From Thermoplasmata archaeon (lineage in GTDB: Archaea; Thermoplasmatota; Thermoplasmata; Lutacidiplasmatales; UBA184): a stretch of DNA of 64,000 bases. Below are positions 26,097-34,347 of the stretch, piece after piece. The stretch is taken from positions 81,788 through 145,787 of the forward strand of contig JAKAAX010000003.1 in assembly GCA_021802125.1 (NCBI GenBank), in the 5' to 3' direction. Every line of letters starts with the position of its first letter. Positions within the stretch are counted from its first letter, which is position 1. The translations under genes were made by a program, and so were the position numbers. The notes beneath the pieces were generated by a model. That model ran no database searches, was not told the origin of the DNA, and saw only the letters and a program-made list of their open reading frames with translations.

Positions 26097-28492
26097 GCCC
26101 GACCCCTTGGCCTCGGGCGCCGGTGGGCCCGCTTCTCGCGGGACCCCAGCCCTCCCCGCCACCGGTCGTAGAGCACCTTGAGGTCGACGGAGGCGAACAC
26201 CCGCTCTCCCCGGCGGAAGACCCCCCGGCCCCGGGTGACGGACCCCAGCCGGATCCAGGGCATCCCGGTCAGGCCCCGCTCGAAGGCCTCCTGGTCCTCG
26301 GGCCGGACCTCGACCACGAAACGCGAACCTCCCTCGGCGATGAGCATCTGCCACGCTTCGATGCCCTGCTCCAGCGCGAGGTCGACATCGAATCCCAGCG
26401 CCCCCCCGAACGCCATCTCCGGCAGCGCGACGGCGAGCCCGCCCTCGGAGATGTCGTGGCACGAGCGAAGCTGGTCGCGGGCCCCGAGCGAGAGGAGCCG
26501 CTCGCCGACCTCCCGCGTGAGGGAGCCCTGGTACGGGGACGAGCGCGTGGCGTGCCCCCCGAAGACCCGGACGTAGAGGGAGCCCCCGAGGCCCGGGTCG
26601 GTCGGCCCCACCAGGTAGAGCGAGTTCCCGGCCTCCTTCAGGTCGGAGCTCACGCGACGCCGTACGTCGGGCACGATCCCCGTGGCCATGACCACGGGCG
26701 TGGGCGGGATCGCCGCTCCAAGTCCTCCGTTGTAGAAGCTGACGTTCCCGGAGGGGACGGCCATGCCGAGGTCCCGGGCCGCTTCGGCCATGCCGGCGAC
26801 GACGGCGTTGAAGTCGCCCAGGACCCGAGGGTCCTCCGGGTTGCCGAAGTTGAGGCAGTTGGTGAAGGCGTCCGGGCGCGCTCCGACCGCGTAGAGGTTC
26901 CGGGCCGCCTCCTCCACCACCCCCTGGCCCCCGCGCCGGGGGTCCGTCGCGCAGAGGAAGGGCTGGCTCCCCACGGCGACCGCGAGCCCCAGGTACCCGG
27001 GAGGGTCGACCTGGAGGACCGCCGCGTCGGCGTGGGAGGGCGTGGAGAGCGTGCCCACGAGCGGCTTGCCCACGGTGCGTCCCTGCACCTCGTGGTCGTA
27101 GACCCGGATCACGGGCTCACGGCTGACCACGTCCGAGTGCAGGAGGAGCCGCTCGACGACCTCGGTGCCGTCGCGGCCGAAGGGGGGGGAGGGCTCGTGG
27201 CGGGGCGGAGGCGGGGCGGCCAGCGAGCGAGAGGCCGGCGGAGGGTCCACACGGAAGGCGAGCTCCAGGTCCGCCACGAGCTCCCCGTGGAAGTAGAGCC
27301 TCTCCCGTTCGCCCCGCACGGAGCGACCCACGACGGTCGCCGGAACGTCGTGCTTCGCGAAGATGGCCAGGAGCTCCTTCACGTTGGAGCTCTCCACCGC
27401 CATGAGCATCCGCTCCTGGCTCTCCGAGATCCAGATCTCCCAGGGCGACATCCCGGTCTCTCGCAGCGGCACGCGGTCCAGGTGGACCTCGGAGCCCAGC
27501 CCTCCCGCGTGGGCGAGCTCTCCCGAGGCGCTCGCGAGGCCCCCGCCGCCCAGGTCCTTCATCCCCGCGACGAGGCCCGCCTCCACCGCCTCGAGGACGG
27601 CGTGGATGAGCGGCTCCTTCATGATCGCGTTGCCGAGCTGGACCGCTCCGCGGTCCTCCTTCTCGCTCTTCGAGGAAAGCTCCCGGGAGGCGAAGGCCAC
27701 GCCCCCGAGCCCGTCCTTCCCGGTGAGACCGCCCGCGAGGACGAGCTCCTGGCCGGCGGCGGTGGCGCGGTTCGGGCGCAGGTTCCGGCGGGGAAGCACC
27801 CCGACGCACCCCACGTTCACGAGCGGGTTCACCGTGTAGGCCGGGTCGAAGGTGATCGACCCCGCGACGGTGGGCACCCCCACGCGGTTGCCGTAGTCGC
27901 GGATGCCCGCGATGACGTTCGCGAAGAGGTACTGGGGATGCTTCACGCCCCCGGGAAGTCGGGAGAGCGGCAGGTCCAGGGGCCCGAAGAAGAGCGGGTC
28001 CGCGAGCGCGACGGGCTTCGCTCCCATCGCGAGCACGTCACGGAGGATGCCCCCGATCCCGGTGGCGGCCCCTCCGTAGGGTTCGACCGCGCTCGGGTGG
28101 TTGTGCGACTCGATCCTCAGGGCGTAGGCGAGCTCGTCGTTGAGGACCATCACGCCGGCGTCGCCGCGCGCGAGCACGCGAGGGTCGGGGGGCAGCGAAC
28201 CGAAGTGCTTCACCAGGAACGGTCGGGAAGATTTGTACGAGCAGTGCTCGCTCCACGACTGGGCGATGCCCGCGAGCTCGACCTGCGTCGGGTCGCGCCC
28301 CTCCTTCTGGAAGTACCCCTGGAGTCGGGAGAGCTCCGAGGGGGAGAACCCCAGGGAGAGGGACCTGCTCGTGCGCAGGAGCTCCTGGGCGGAAGCGCCG
28401 CGGAAATGCACGAAGGGGCCGACGACCGGGCCGGGCGCGGCCCGTCCCCGGCCTCGCGCCCTGCTCTCAACGACCGGTCGCGCCGCCCGCAT
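26093..28492 (-). CDS. purL: Phosphoribosylformylglycinamidine synthase subunit PurL
   Basis: Motifs WSEHCSYKSS and ESHNHPSAVEPYGGAATG. The start is uncertain because the 28492 start overlaps purS by 26 nt. Confidence 0.9.
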   Translation of the reverse strand: MRAARPVVESRARGRGRAAPGPVVGPFVHFRGASAQELLRTSRSLSLGFSPSELSRLQGYFQKEGRDPTQVELAGIAQSWSEHCSYKSSRPFLVKHFGSLPPDPRVLARGDAGVMVLNDELAYALRIESHNHPSAVEPYGGAATGIGGILRDVLAMGAKPVALADPLFFGPLDLPLSRLPGGVKHPQYLFANVIAGIRDYGNRVGVPTVAGSITFDPAYTVNPLVNVGCVGVLPRRNLRPNRATAAGQELVLAGGLTGKDGLGGVAFASRELSSKSEKEDRGAVQLGNAIMKEPLIHAVLEAVEAGLVAGMKDLGGGGLASASGELAHAGGLGSEVHLDRVPLRETGMSPWEIWISESQERMLMAVESSNVKELLAIFAKHDVPATVVGRSVRGERERLYFHGELVADLELAFRVDPPPASRSLAAPPPPRHEPSPPFGRDGTEVVERLLLHSDVVSREPVIRVYDHEVQGRTVGKPLVGTLSTPSHADAAVLQVDPPGYLGLAVAVGSQPFLCATDPRRGGQGVVEEAARNLYAVGARPDAFTNCLNFGNPEDPRVLGDFNAVVAGMAEAARDLGMAVPSGNVSFYNGGLGAAIPPTPVVMATGIVPDVRRRVSSDLKEAGNSLYLVGPTDPGLGGSLYVRVFGGHATRSSPYQGSLTREVGERLLSLGARDQLRSCHDISEGGLAVALPEMAFGGALGFDVDLALEQGIEAWQMLIAEGGSRFVVEVRPEDQEAFERGLTGMPWIRLGSVTRGRGVFRRGERVFASVDLKVLYDRWRGGLGSREKRAHRRPRPRGRA

Positions 28493-28760
28493 GGATCTCG
28501 ACCCGATGGATGACGGGGTTCGCCAGGAGGCGTTCCACCGCGACCTCGGCCCGGTGCCGCGCCTCGGTGGCGTCCACGTTGGAGAACTCTAGAGTGTAAG
28601 ACCGTGCGACCCCGACCCGCTGGAGTCCCTTCAAGCCCAGGAGGTCCAGGGCCTTCTTGACGGCCTCCGCCTCGGCGTCCATGACCCCGGGCTTGAGCTC
28701 GACGCGCACCTCGACACGGTGGATCTTCCTCGGCGCCGCCTTCGGGGCCGCCCTCGCCAC
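28467..28760 (-). CDS. purS: Phosphoribosylformylglycinamidine synthase subunit PurS
   Basis: About 85-aa PurS core VEVRVELKPGVMDAEAEAVKKAL...VIHRVEI, located directly upstream of purL. Confidence 0.8.
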   Translation of the reverse strand: MARAAPKAAPRKIHRVEVRVELKPGVMDAEAEAVKKALDLLGLKGLQRVGVARSYTLEFSNVDATEARHRAEVAVERLLANPVIHRVEIHAGGATGR

Positions 28761-28799
28761 CTGCTTCCGCCTCCGAGGTGGCTCGGCACTGCCGGAATG

Positions 28800-28807
28800 T
28801 TTATAAG
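28800..28807. promoter_or_regulatory. TTTATAAG TATA box in the divergent purS / 28839 intergenic region
   Basis: Located in the only AT-rich stretch of the spacer, 36-43 nt from both divergent start codons. Confidence 0.45.
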
Positions 28808-28838
28808 TGCGAGGCAGAGAATTGCGCGAAAGGCTTAA

Positions 28839-29057
28839 TTGGATGTTTTTGTCCCCACCTCGCCTTCGGGAGGTCTCTCGTCAGTGGAGGAACTCATTCT
28901 CTCCGTGGAGTTTCTGCGGTCCAAGCAGAAGGTCGTCGCCCGGGTGGCCAGCGAGGCGGGAGGGGTCCGGGAGTACAGCGGACCTTCCCCCGGCGAGGTC
29001 ATCGATCTGGTGGTTGACGATCTCCGCGAAGAGTTCGAGTCCGCTCCACCGAGCTAG
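28839..29057 (+). CDS. Small hypothetical protein
   Basis: 72-aa ORF with a TTG start (alternative GTG at 28884). Acidic C-terminus and plausible composition. Confidence 0.35.
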   Translation: MDVFVPTSPSGGLSSVEELILSVEFLRSKQKVVARVASEAGGVREYSGPSPGEVIDLVVDDLREEFESAPPS

Positions 29058-29069
29058 GTCGTCCGAAGG

Positions 29070-29441
29070 ATGTCGCGGGCCCGGAGTACGGGAGGCATGC
29101 CGAAGTCAGGCGGGGGGAACCCGCCCGTAAGCGCTGCGGTCGAGGGAGCCTTCACGAAAGTTTGGGGCGAGGACTCGGTCGTCGCCCTGGTCGCCTTGAA
29201 GGTCGAGACCAGCGAGGCCGACCACGTCGCGAGCGAAGCTTCGAAGTTCCCCGAGGTGGAGGACGTCTTCCTCGTGACCGGCGACACCGACATCATGCTG
29301 AAGGTCCGCTTCGTCAACTACCACGAGCTCAAGGAGTTCGTGATCCGCCGGCTCCCCGACGTGAAGGGGATCCGCGAGTCGAAGACGCTCCTCGTGGTCA
29401 CCGCCTACAAGGAAGCCGGCGAGCGCAAGGGGCAACCATGA
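29070..29441 (+). CDS. Stand-alone Lrp/AsnC-type ligand-binding (RAM) domain protein
   Basis: Core VVALVALKVE...VEDVFLVTGDTDIMLKVRF...LKEFV with no HTH. The start may be the ATG at 29097. Confidence 0.65.
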   Translation: MSRARSTGGMPKSGGGNPPVSAAVEGAFTKVWGEDSVVALVALKVETSEADHVASEASKFPEVEDVFLVTGDTDIMLKVRFVNYHELKEFVIRRLPDVKGIRESKTLLVVTAYKEAGERKGQP

Positions 29442-29845
29442 GCGTCTCCTCCTCTTCCTCCTCGTCCTCCTCGTCCTCCTCTCCCAGCTCTCCGAACGCG
29501 GGCTCTCCCCGGCCGGGCTCCACCCCGGGCACGCCGAAGGTCCCCGTGAACGCCGTCGCGACGAGCCCCGCCGCCCCTGTCGCTCCAGCGTTCCCCGCGA
29601 ACCCCAACCTGGAGAAGGTGCTGGTCTCTCTCGGTCAGATGGCCGAGGACGGCTCCCTCCCCCGGAACATCCGGCGCGGCGCCCAGGGCGCACGCGAGGC
29701 CCTCACGAAGGGGAACTCCGCCATCGATGTCCGCGTCGCGGGGGCCGTCAGCCTCCTCGACGATCTCGCCAACGACTCGAACATCCCGGTGCATGGACGA
29801 ACGGCGATCTGGGCCTTGATCAGCCAACTGGAGAGCCTCCAGTGA
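29438..29845 (+). CDS. UPF0147-family protein with poly-Ser/Pro N-terminal extension
   Basis: Family-like core LPRNIRRGAQGAREAL...IPVHGRTAIWALISQLE. ATGA overlap with the previous gene. The N-terminus reads [19 protein letters not shown]. Confidence 0.65.
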   Translation: MSVSSSSSSSSSSSSPSSPNAGSPRPGSTPGTPKVPVNAVATSPAAPVAPAFPANPNLEKVLVSLGQMAEDGSLPRNIRRGAQGAREALTKGNSAIDVRVAGAVSLLDDLANDSNIPVHGRTAIWALISQLESLQ

Positions 29846-29929
29846 GCCCCAAGCCATCGGGAAGAGTTATGCCCCGGGCGCTGCTGCCCGCTCTTCGGGC
29901 TGAAGGTGGGCCCGTAGCTCAGGTCGGTA

Positions 29930-29960
29930 GGACGGGAGTAACCTCTCCCGCCCCGATGAA
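29930..29960 (+). other. tRNA-Lys intron 1 (D-loop, position about 21/22)
   Basis: A 4-bp helix (29924-27/29953-56), bulge TA|G and an inner hairpin (29933-38/29945-50) give a relaxed BHB. The 3' junction is ambiguous by 2 nt. Confidence 0.65.
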
Positions 29961-29998
29961 GAGCACCCGGCTTTTAACCGGGTGGTCCGGGGTTCGAA

Positions 29999-30039
29999 AG
30001 GTCTCCAGGTCCCCTCGTCCGGGGAACGAGGCCCGAAGC
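29999..30039 (+). other. tRNA-Lys intron 2 (T-loop, position 59/60)
   Basis: Canonical hBHBh'. The T stem is the outer helix and the 3-nt bulge is GC|T. The central 4-bp helix is TTCG/CGAA (29993-96/30034-37), the second 3-nt bulge is AA|A, and the inner 6-bp helix is 30000-05/30028-33. Confidence 0.8.
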
Positions 30040-30053
30040 TCCCCGCGGGCCCG

Positions 30054-30242
30054 TCCCGCCCACTCTCCCACTCCCACCCTCACCCTCATCCCCACCCCCG
30101 CCGCCGCTCCCTCTCCCGCTCCCTCACCCTCCCCGTCCGACCCGCCCTCCACGCTCTCCCCCGCTCCCCCGACCCCAAGCCCGCGCCGCCACCCCAGCCA
30201 CCCTGCCCTCCCGCTCCGACAAACCCCCCTCCGAGGTCCAGC
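30054..30242 (+). repeat. C-rich, G-poor low-complexity tract (CCCACCCTCACCC-type) between tRNA-Lys and rpoH
   Basis: By my count about 20 G in 180 nt against a large excess of C. No AT-rich promoter-like element is present. Confidence 0.85.
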
Positions 30243-30623
30243 ATGAGCCCAAGCAAATCCAGCGCACGACCCCCGAAGCGATCGAAGGGCGCCGCCAAGG
30301 GCGCCGCCGGCGAGACGGCCCCCGAGGCGCCGAAGCTCCCCCCGGTCCAGCACGCGCTGGTCCCGACGCACGAGGTCCTCTCCGCCGAGGAGACCCAGAA
30401 AATGCTCCACAAGCTCGACACCGCCCCCGAGCGCCTCCCGAAGATCCTCTACGATGACCCTGGCCTGCAGACCGACCCGGCCTACCGAACGGTGGCCGAG
30501 TCTGCCGAGGGCGCGCGCTCCCTCGTCGGACGGCTGGTCCGGGTCCGACGTCCCTCTCCAACGGCGGGCGAGGCCGCCGTCTATCGCGTCGTGGTGGGTG
30601 GGGCCGCCGCGCGCGAGGATTGA
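30243..30623 (+). CDS. rpoH: DNA-directed RNA polymerase subunit H (Rpb5-like)
   Basis: Core [22 protein letters not shown]...[10 protein letters not shown]...[22 protein letters not shown]. Basic N-terminal extension. Confidence 0.85.
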   Translation: MSPSKSSARPPKRSKGAAKGAAGETAPEAPKLPPVQHALVPTHEVLSAEETQKMLHKLDTAPERLPKILYDDPGLQTDPAYRTVAESAEGARSLVGRLVRVRRPSPTAGEAAVYRVVVGGAAARED

Positions 30624-30652
30624 GCCAAAGCACCCCAGGAGAGAGGAGATCA

Positions 30653-33600
30653 ATGTCCATGCGCGAGATCATCGACGGGTTCTTCCGAGAGCGCTCGATC
30701 GTCAACCACCACCTGGCCAGTTTCAACGACTTCCTGCCAACCCCGGACAATCCGGATTCCCGGATGCAGCGGATCGTCGACGAGGCCCGGGTCACCGAGG
30801 ACGCGACGGACCGGGGGATCATCCGGCTCGACGTCCAGAAGACGAAGAGCTCGATCTACGTCCGTGTCGGCCGCCGGCGCGACGCCCGCGGCTACGTCGA
30901 CCCCAACGCCGAGCCGACGATCTTCGTCGGAAGCCCGTTCGTGAAGGAGCCCGTCGGGTCGAAGCCCACCCTCACCCCGATGGAGGCCCGTCTGCGGAAC
31001 CTGACCTACATGGCCCCGATCTTCCTCGACGTGACCGTCGTGGAGAACGGCGTCGAGCGCGCGCCCGAGCACGTCCACATCGGGGACCTCCCCGTGATGG
31101 TCAAGAGCCGCCCGTGCAACCTGCACCGGGCGAACATCGAGCGCGACACCGGCTTCTCCCTGTACCCGGAAGAGTACCGCGCGAAGCTCGTCGAGTACCA
31201 GGAGGACCCACTCGACCCCGGCGGGTACTTCATCATCGCCGGGACCGAGCGCGCGATCATCTCGCTCGAGGACCTGGCCCCTAACCGGATCTTCGCGGAG
31301 TTCAACGAGCGCTACGGCACCCCCGTGGAGAGCGCGAAGGTCTTCTCCCAGCGCGGAGGCTACCGCTCCCTCACCGTCGTCGAGAAGAAGAAGGACGGGA
31401 TCCTCCAGGTCTCCGTCCCGTCGGCCAGCGGCCAGATCCCTCTGGTCGTGCTGATGAAGGCCCTCGGGATGAAGAACGACGAGGAGATCTACCAGGCGGT
31501 CCTGGGAGAGCTGCTCCCGCTGGACGAACCCTTCGTCCAGACGATGAAGCACCTCCTCAACGTCAACCTCGAGGAGTGCACGTCCAAGAAGACCTACCCC
31601 CCCGAGGGGATCATGACGGTCGAGGACGCGCTCCTCTTCCTCGAGAAGAAGTTCGCGACCGGGCAGGCCAAGGAGTACCGTCAGAGGAAGGTCGACGCGA
31701 TCCTCGACCGGGCGCTCCTCCCGCACCTGGGTGACACCCGCACGGACCGGCTGAAGAAGGCCCTCTACCTGGGACGCATCGCCCGTACGGTCCTGGAACT
31801 GTACCTGAAGCAGCGCGGCGAGGACGACAAGGACCACTACGCGAACAAGCGCCTGAAGCTCGCCGGGGACCTCATGGAGGACCTCTTCCGGGTGGCGTTC
31901 ACGCTGCTCCTGAAGGACCTCAAGTACCAGCTCGAGCGCTCCTTCGCCCGAAAGAAGGACCTGCGCATCGCCTCGGCGATCCGGCCCGACCTCCTGACGC
32001 AGCGCCTCATCCACGCCCTCGCGACGGGCAACTGGGTGGGCGGACGCGCGGGGGTCTCCCAGCTGCTGGACCGGACGAGCCACATGTCCACCATCTCGCA
32101 CCTTCGACGGGTCACGAGCCCGCTCACGCGGAGCCAGCCCCACTTCGAGGCGCGCGACCTGCACCCGACGCAGTTCTCCCGGCTGTGCCCGAACGAGACG
32201 CCCGAAGGCCAGAACTGCGGTCTCGTGAAGAACTACGCGCTCGCGGTCGACGTCTCGGAGGGGTGCGACGAGGACGAGGTCACCCTCATCCTGCGCGACC
32301 TCAACACCCGCGAGATCGGTCCCGAGGTCTTCACCGAGGGGACCCCCGCGCGCGGCCGACGCGCCGCCCGGGTCTTCGTCAACGGGAACCTGGTGGGCCT
32401 CCACTCGAACCCTGAGGAGCTCGTCCGGGAGATCCGCGAGCGCCGCCGGGGCGGGACGCTCTCGCCGACGCTCGGCGACCGCGCCTACGAGATCAACGTC
32501 CGCTACGACTCGGAGATGAACGAGGTCATCGTCAACTCCGACAGCGGCCGTCTCCGACGCCCGCTCCTGGTCGTGCGGAACGGGGTCACCCGGCTCGCCC
32601 GGCAGGACCTGGACGACCTCGCCCGCGGCTCGCTCTCCTTCACCGACCTCATCCGGGGCGGGAAGGTGGAGTGGCTCGACGCCGAGGAGGAAGAGGACAC
32701 GCTCATCGCGGTCGAGCCCTACCAGCTCACCGAGCGCTGCCCGCACTGCGAGCGCGCCCTCTCCCGCGGCGACATCAAGTGGCTCAACATCGGGGAGAAG
32801 GCGACGGAGGCGAAGCTCCTGTGCAACCGCTGCCAGAAGGAGTTCCCCACCGAGCTCAAGCTCACGAAGGACCACACCCACCTGGAGATCGACGCGAACC
32901 TGATGCTCGGGGTCTGCACGGGGCTCATCCCGTACGCCGAGCACAACTCCACGCCCCGCAACACGATGGGCGCGGGGCAGGCGAAGCAGTCGCTCGGGGT
33001 CGAATCGGTCAACTACCGCCGCCGCCCGGACACCCGCGGGCACATCCTCCACTACCCGGAGGCGCCGCTCCTGCGCACCCAGACGATGCGCTACGTCCAC
33101 TTCACGGAGCGCCCCGCCGGGCAGAACTTCGTCGTGGCCGTCCTCTCCTACGAGGGGTACAACATGCAGGACGCCCTCGTGCTCAACCGGAGCGCGGTGG
33201 ACCGCGGCCTCGGCCGCTCCTCCTTCTTCCGGACGTACCGGAGCGAGGAGCGCAAGTACCCCGGAGGCCAGGAGGACCGCTTCGAGATCCCCCGGCCGGA
33301 CGTCGCCGGCGCCCGCGTCGACACGGCGTACCGCAGCCTGGGCGAGGATGGGCTCATCTTCCCCGAGCTCCAGGTGTCCGAGGGCGACGTGCTCATCGGC
33401 AAGACCTCCCCTCCCCGGTTCCTGGAGGAGAAGACCGACCTGCTCACCCCGCAGAAGCGGCGAGAGACCTCCGTCACGGTCCGCGCCGGCGAGGCGGGCT
33501 GGGTCGACTCCGTCGTCCTGACCGAGGGGGAGAACATCTCCAAGCTCGTCAAGGTCAAGGTGCGCAACGAGCGCATCCCCGAGCTCGGCGACAAGTTCTC

Positions 33601-34330
33601 CTCACGCCACGGGCAGAAGGGCGTCGTCGGCCTCATCGTTCCGCAGGAGGACATGCCGTTCACGAAGGACGGGGTCGTCCCGGACCTGATCATCAACCCG
33701 CACGCCATCCCATCCCGTATGACCGTGGCCCACGTGCTCGAGATGCTCGGGGGCAAGGTCGGGGCGCTCGAGGGTCGGTACATCGACGGCACCGCCTTCA
33801 GCGGCGAGAGGGAGGAGGCGCTACGCGAGTCCCTGGTCGAGCTGGGCTACGCGCCCACCGGGCGGGAGGTCCTCTACGAGGGACTCACGGGCCGGAAGAT
33901 GGACGCCCAGATCTACATGGGGTGCATCTACTACCAGAAGCTCCACCACATGGTCGCCGGGAAGCTCCACATGCGTTCCCGTGGCCCGGTGCAGATCCTG
34001 ACGCGCCAGCCCACCGAGGGTCGGAGCCGCCAGGGGGGTCTCCGGTTCGGAGAGATGGAGCGCGACACGCTCATCGGTCACGGCGTCGCGATGGTCATCA
34101 AGGACCGCCTGCTGGACGAGTCGGACGGCACCGTCCAGTACGTCTGCGGCAACCCCTCGTGCGGACACATCGCGATCCCCGACCACAAGGCGGGGTCCCT
34201 GCGGTGCGCCACCTGCGGGAACACCTCGTCGATCTACCCCGTCGAGATGAGCTACTCGTTCAAGCTGCTCTTGGACGAGCTGGTGAGCCTCGGCGTGATC
34301 ATGCGGCTGCAGCTCGAGGACATGAAGTGA
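30653..34330 (+). CDS. rpoB: DNA-directed RNA polymerase subunit B (unsplit B'' + B')
   Basis: ATG at 30653 is preceded by GGAGA. Single ORF of about 1225 aa with [29 protein letters not shown] and a C-terminal Zn motif CGNPSCGH...CATCG. Confidence 0.95.
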   Translation: MSMREIIDGFFRERSIVNHHLASFNDFLPTPDNPDSRMQRIVDEARVTEDATDRGIIRLDVQKTKSSIYVRVGRRRDARGYVDPNAEPTIFVGSPFVKEPVGSKPTLTPMEARLRNLTYMAPIFLDVTVVENGVERAPEHVHIGDLPVMVKSRPCNLHRANIERDTGFSLYPEEYRAKLVEYQEDPLDPGGYFIIAGTERAIISLEDLAPNRIFAEFNERYGTPVESAKVFSQRGGYRSLTVVEKKKDGILQVSVPSASGQIPLVVLMKALGMKNDEEIYQAVLGELLPLDEPFVQTMKHLLNVNLEECTSKKTYPPEGIMTVEDALLFLEKKFATGQAKEYRQRKVDAILDRALLPHLGDTRTDRLKKALYLGRIARTVLELYLKQRGEDDKDHYANKRLKLAGDLMEDLFRVAFTLLLKDLKYQLERSFARKKDLRIASAIRPDLLTQRLIHALATGNWVGGRAGVSQLLDRTSHMSTISHLRRVTSPLTRSQPHFEARDLHPTQFSRLCPNETPEGQNCGLVKNYALAVDVSEGCDEDEVTLILRDLNTREIGPEVFTEGTPARGRRAARVFVNGNLVGLHSNPEELVREIRERRRGGTLSPTLGDRAYEINVRYDSEMNEVIVNSDSGRLRRPLLVVRNGVTRLARQDLDDLARGSLSFTDLIRGGKVEWLDAEEEEDTLIAVEPYQLTERCPHCERALSRGDIKWLNIGEKATEAKLLCNRCQKEFPTELKLTKDHTHLEIDANLMLGVCTGLIPYAEHNSTPRNTMGAGQAKQSLGVESVNYRRRPDTRGHILHYPEAPLLRTQTMRYVHFTERPAGQNFVVAVLSYEGYNMQDALVLNRSAVDRGLGRSSFFRTYRSEERKYPGGQEDRFEIPRPDVAGARVDTAYRSLGEDGLIFPELQVSEGDVLIGKTSPPRFLEEKTDLLTPQKRRETSVTVRAGEAGWVDSVVLTEGENISKLVKVKVRNERIPELGDKFSSRHGQKGVVGLIVPQEDMPFTKDGVVPDLIINPHAIPSRMTVAHVLEMLGGKVGALEGRYIDGTAFSGEREEALRESLVELGYAPTGREVLYEGLTGRKMDAQIYMGCIYYQKLHHMVAGKLHMRSRGPVQILTRQPTEGRSRQGGLRFGEMERDTLIGHGVAMVIKDRLLDESDGTVQYVCGNPSCGHIAIPDHKAGSLRCATCGNTSSIYPVEMSYSFKLLLDELVSLGVIMRLQLEDMK

Positions 34331-34347
34331 GGGTCGGAGGTTAGGAA

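Larger units (their letters stand above)
29908..30053 (+). tRNA. tRNA-Lys (anticodon UUU) interrupted by two non-canonical introns
   Basis: Removing 29930-29960 and 29999-30039 gives a 74-nt cloverleaf with every stem perfectly paired: acceptor GGGCCCG/CGGGCCC, D GCTC/GAGC, anticodon CCCGG/CCGGG with loop CTTTTAA, and T CGGGG/CCCCG with loop TTCGAAT. Confidence 0.85.
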
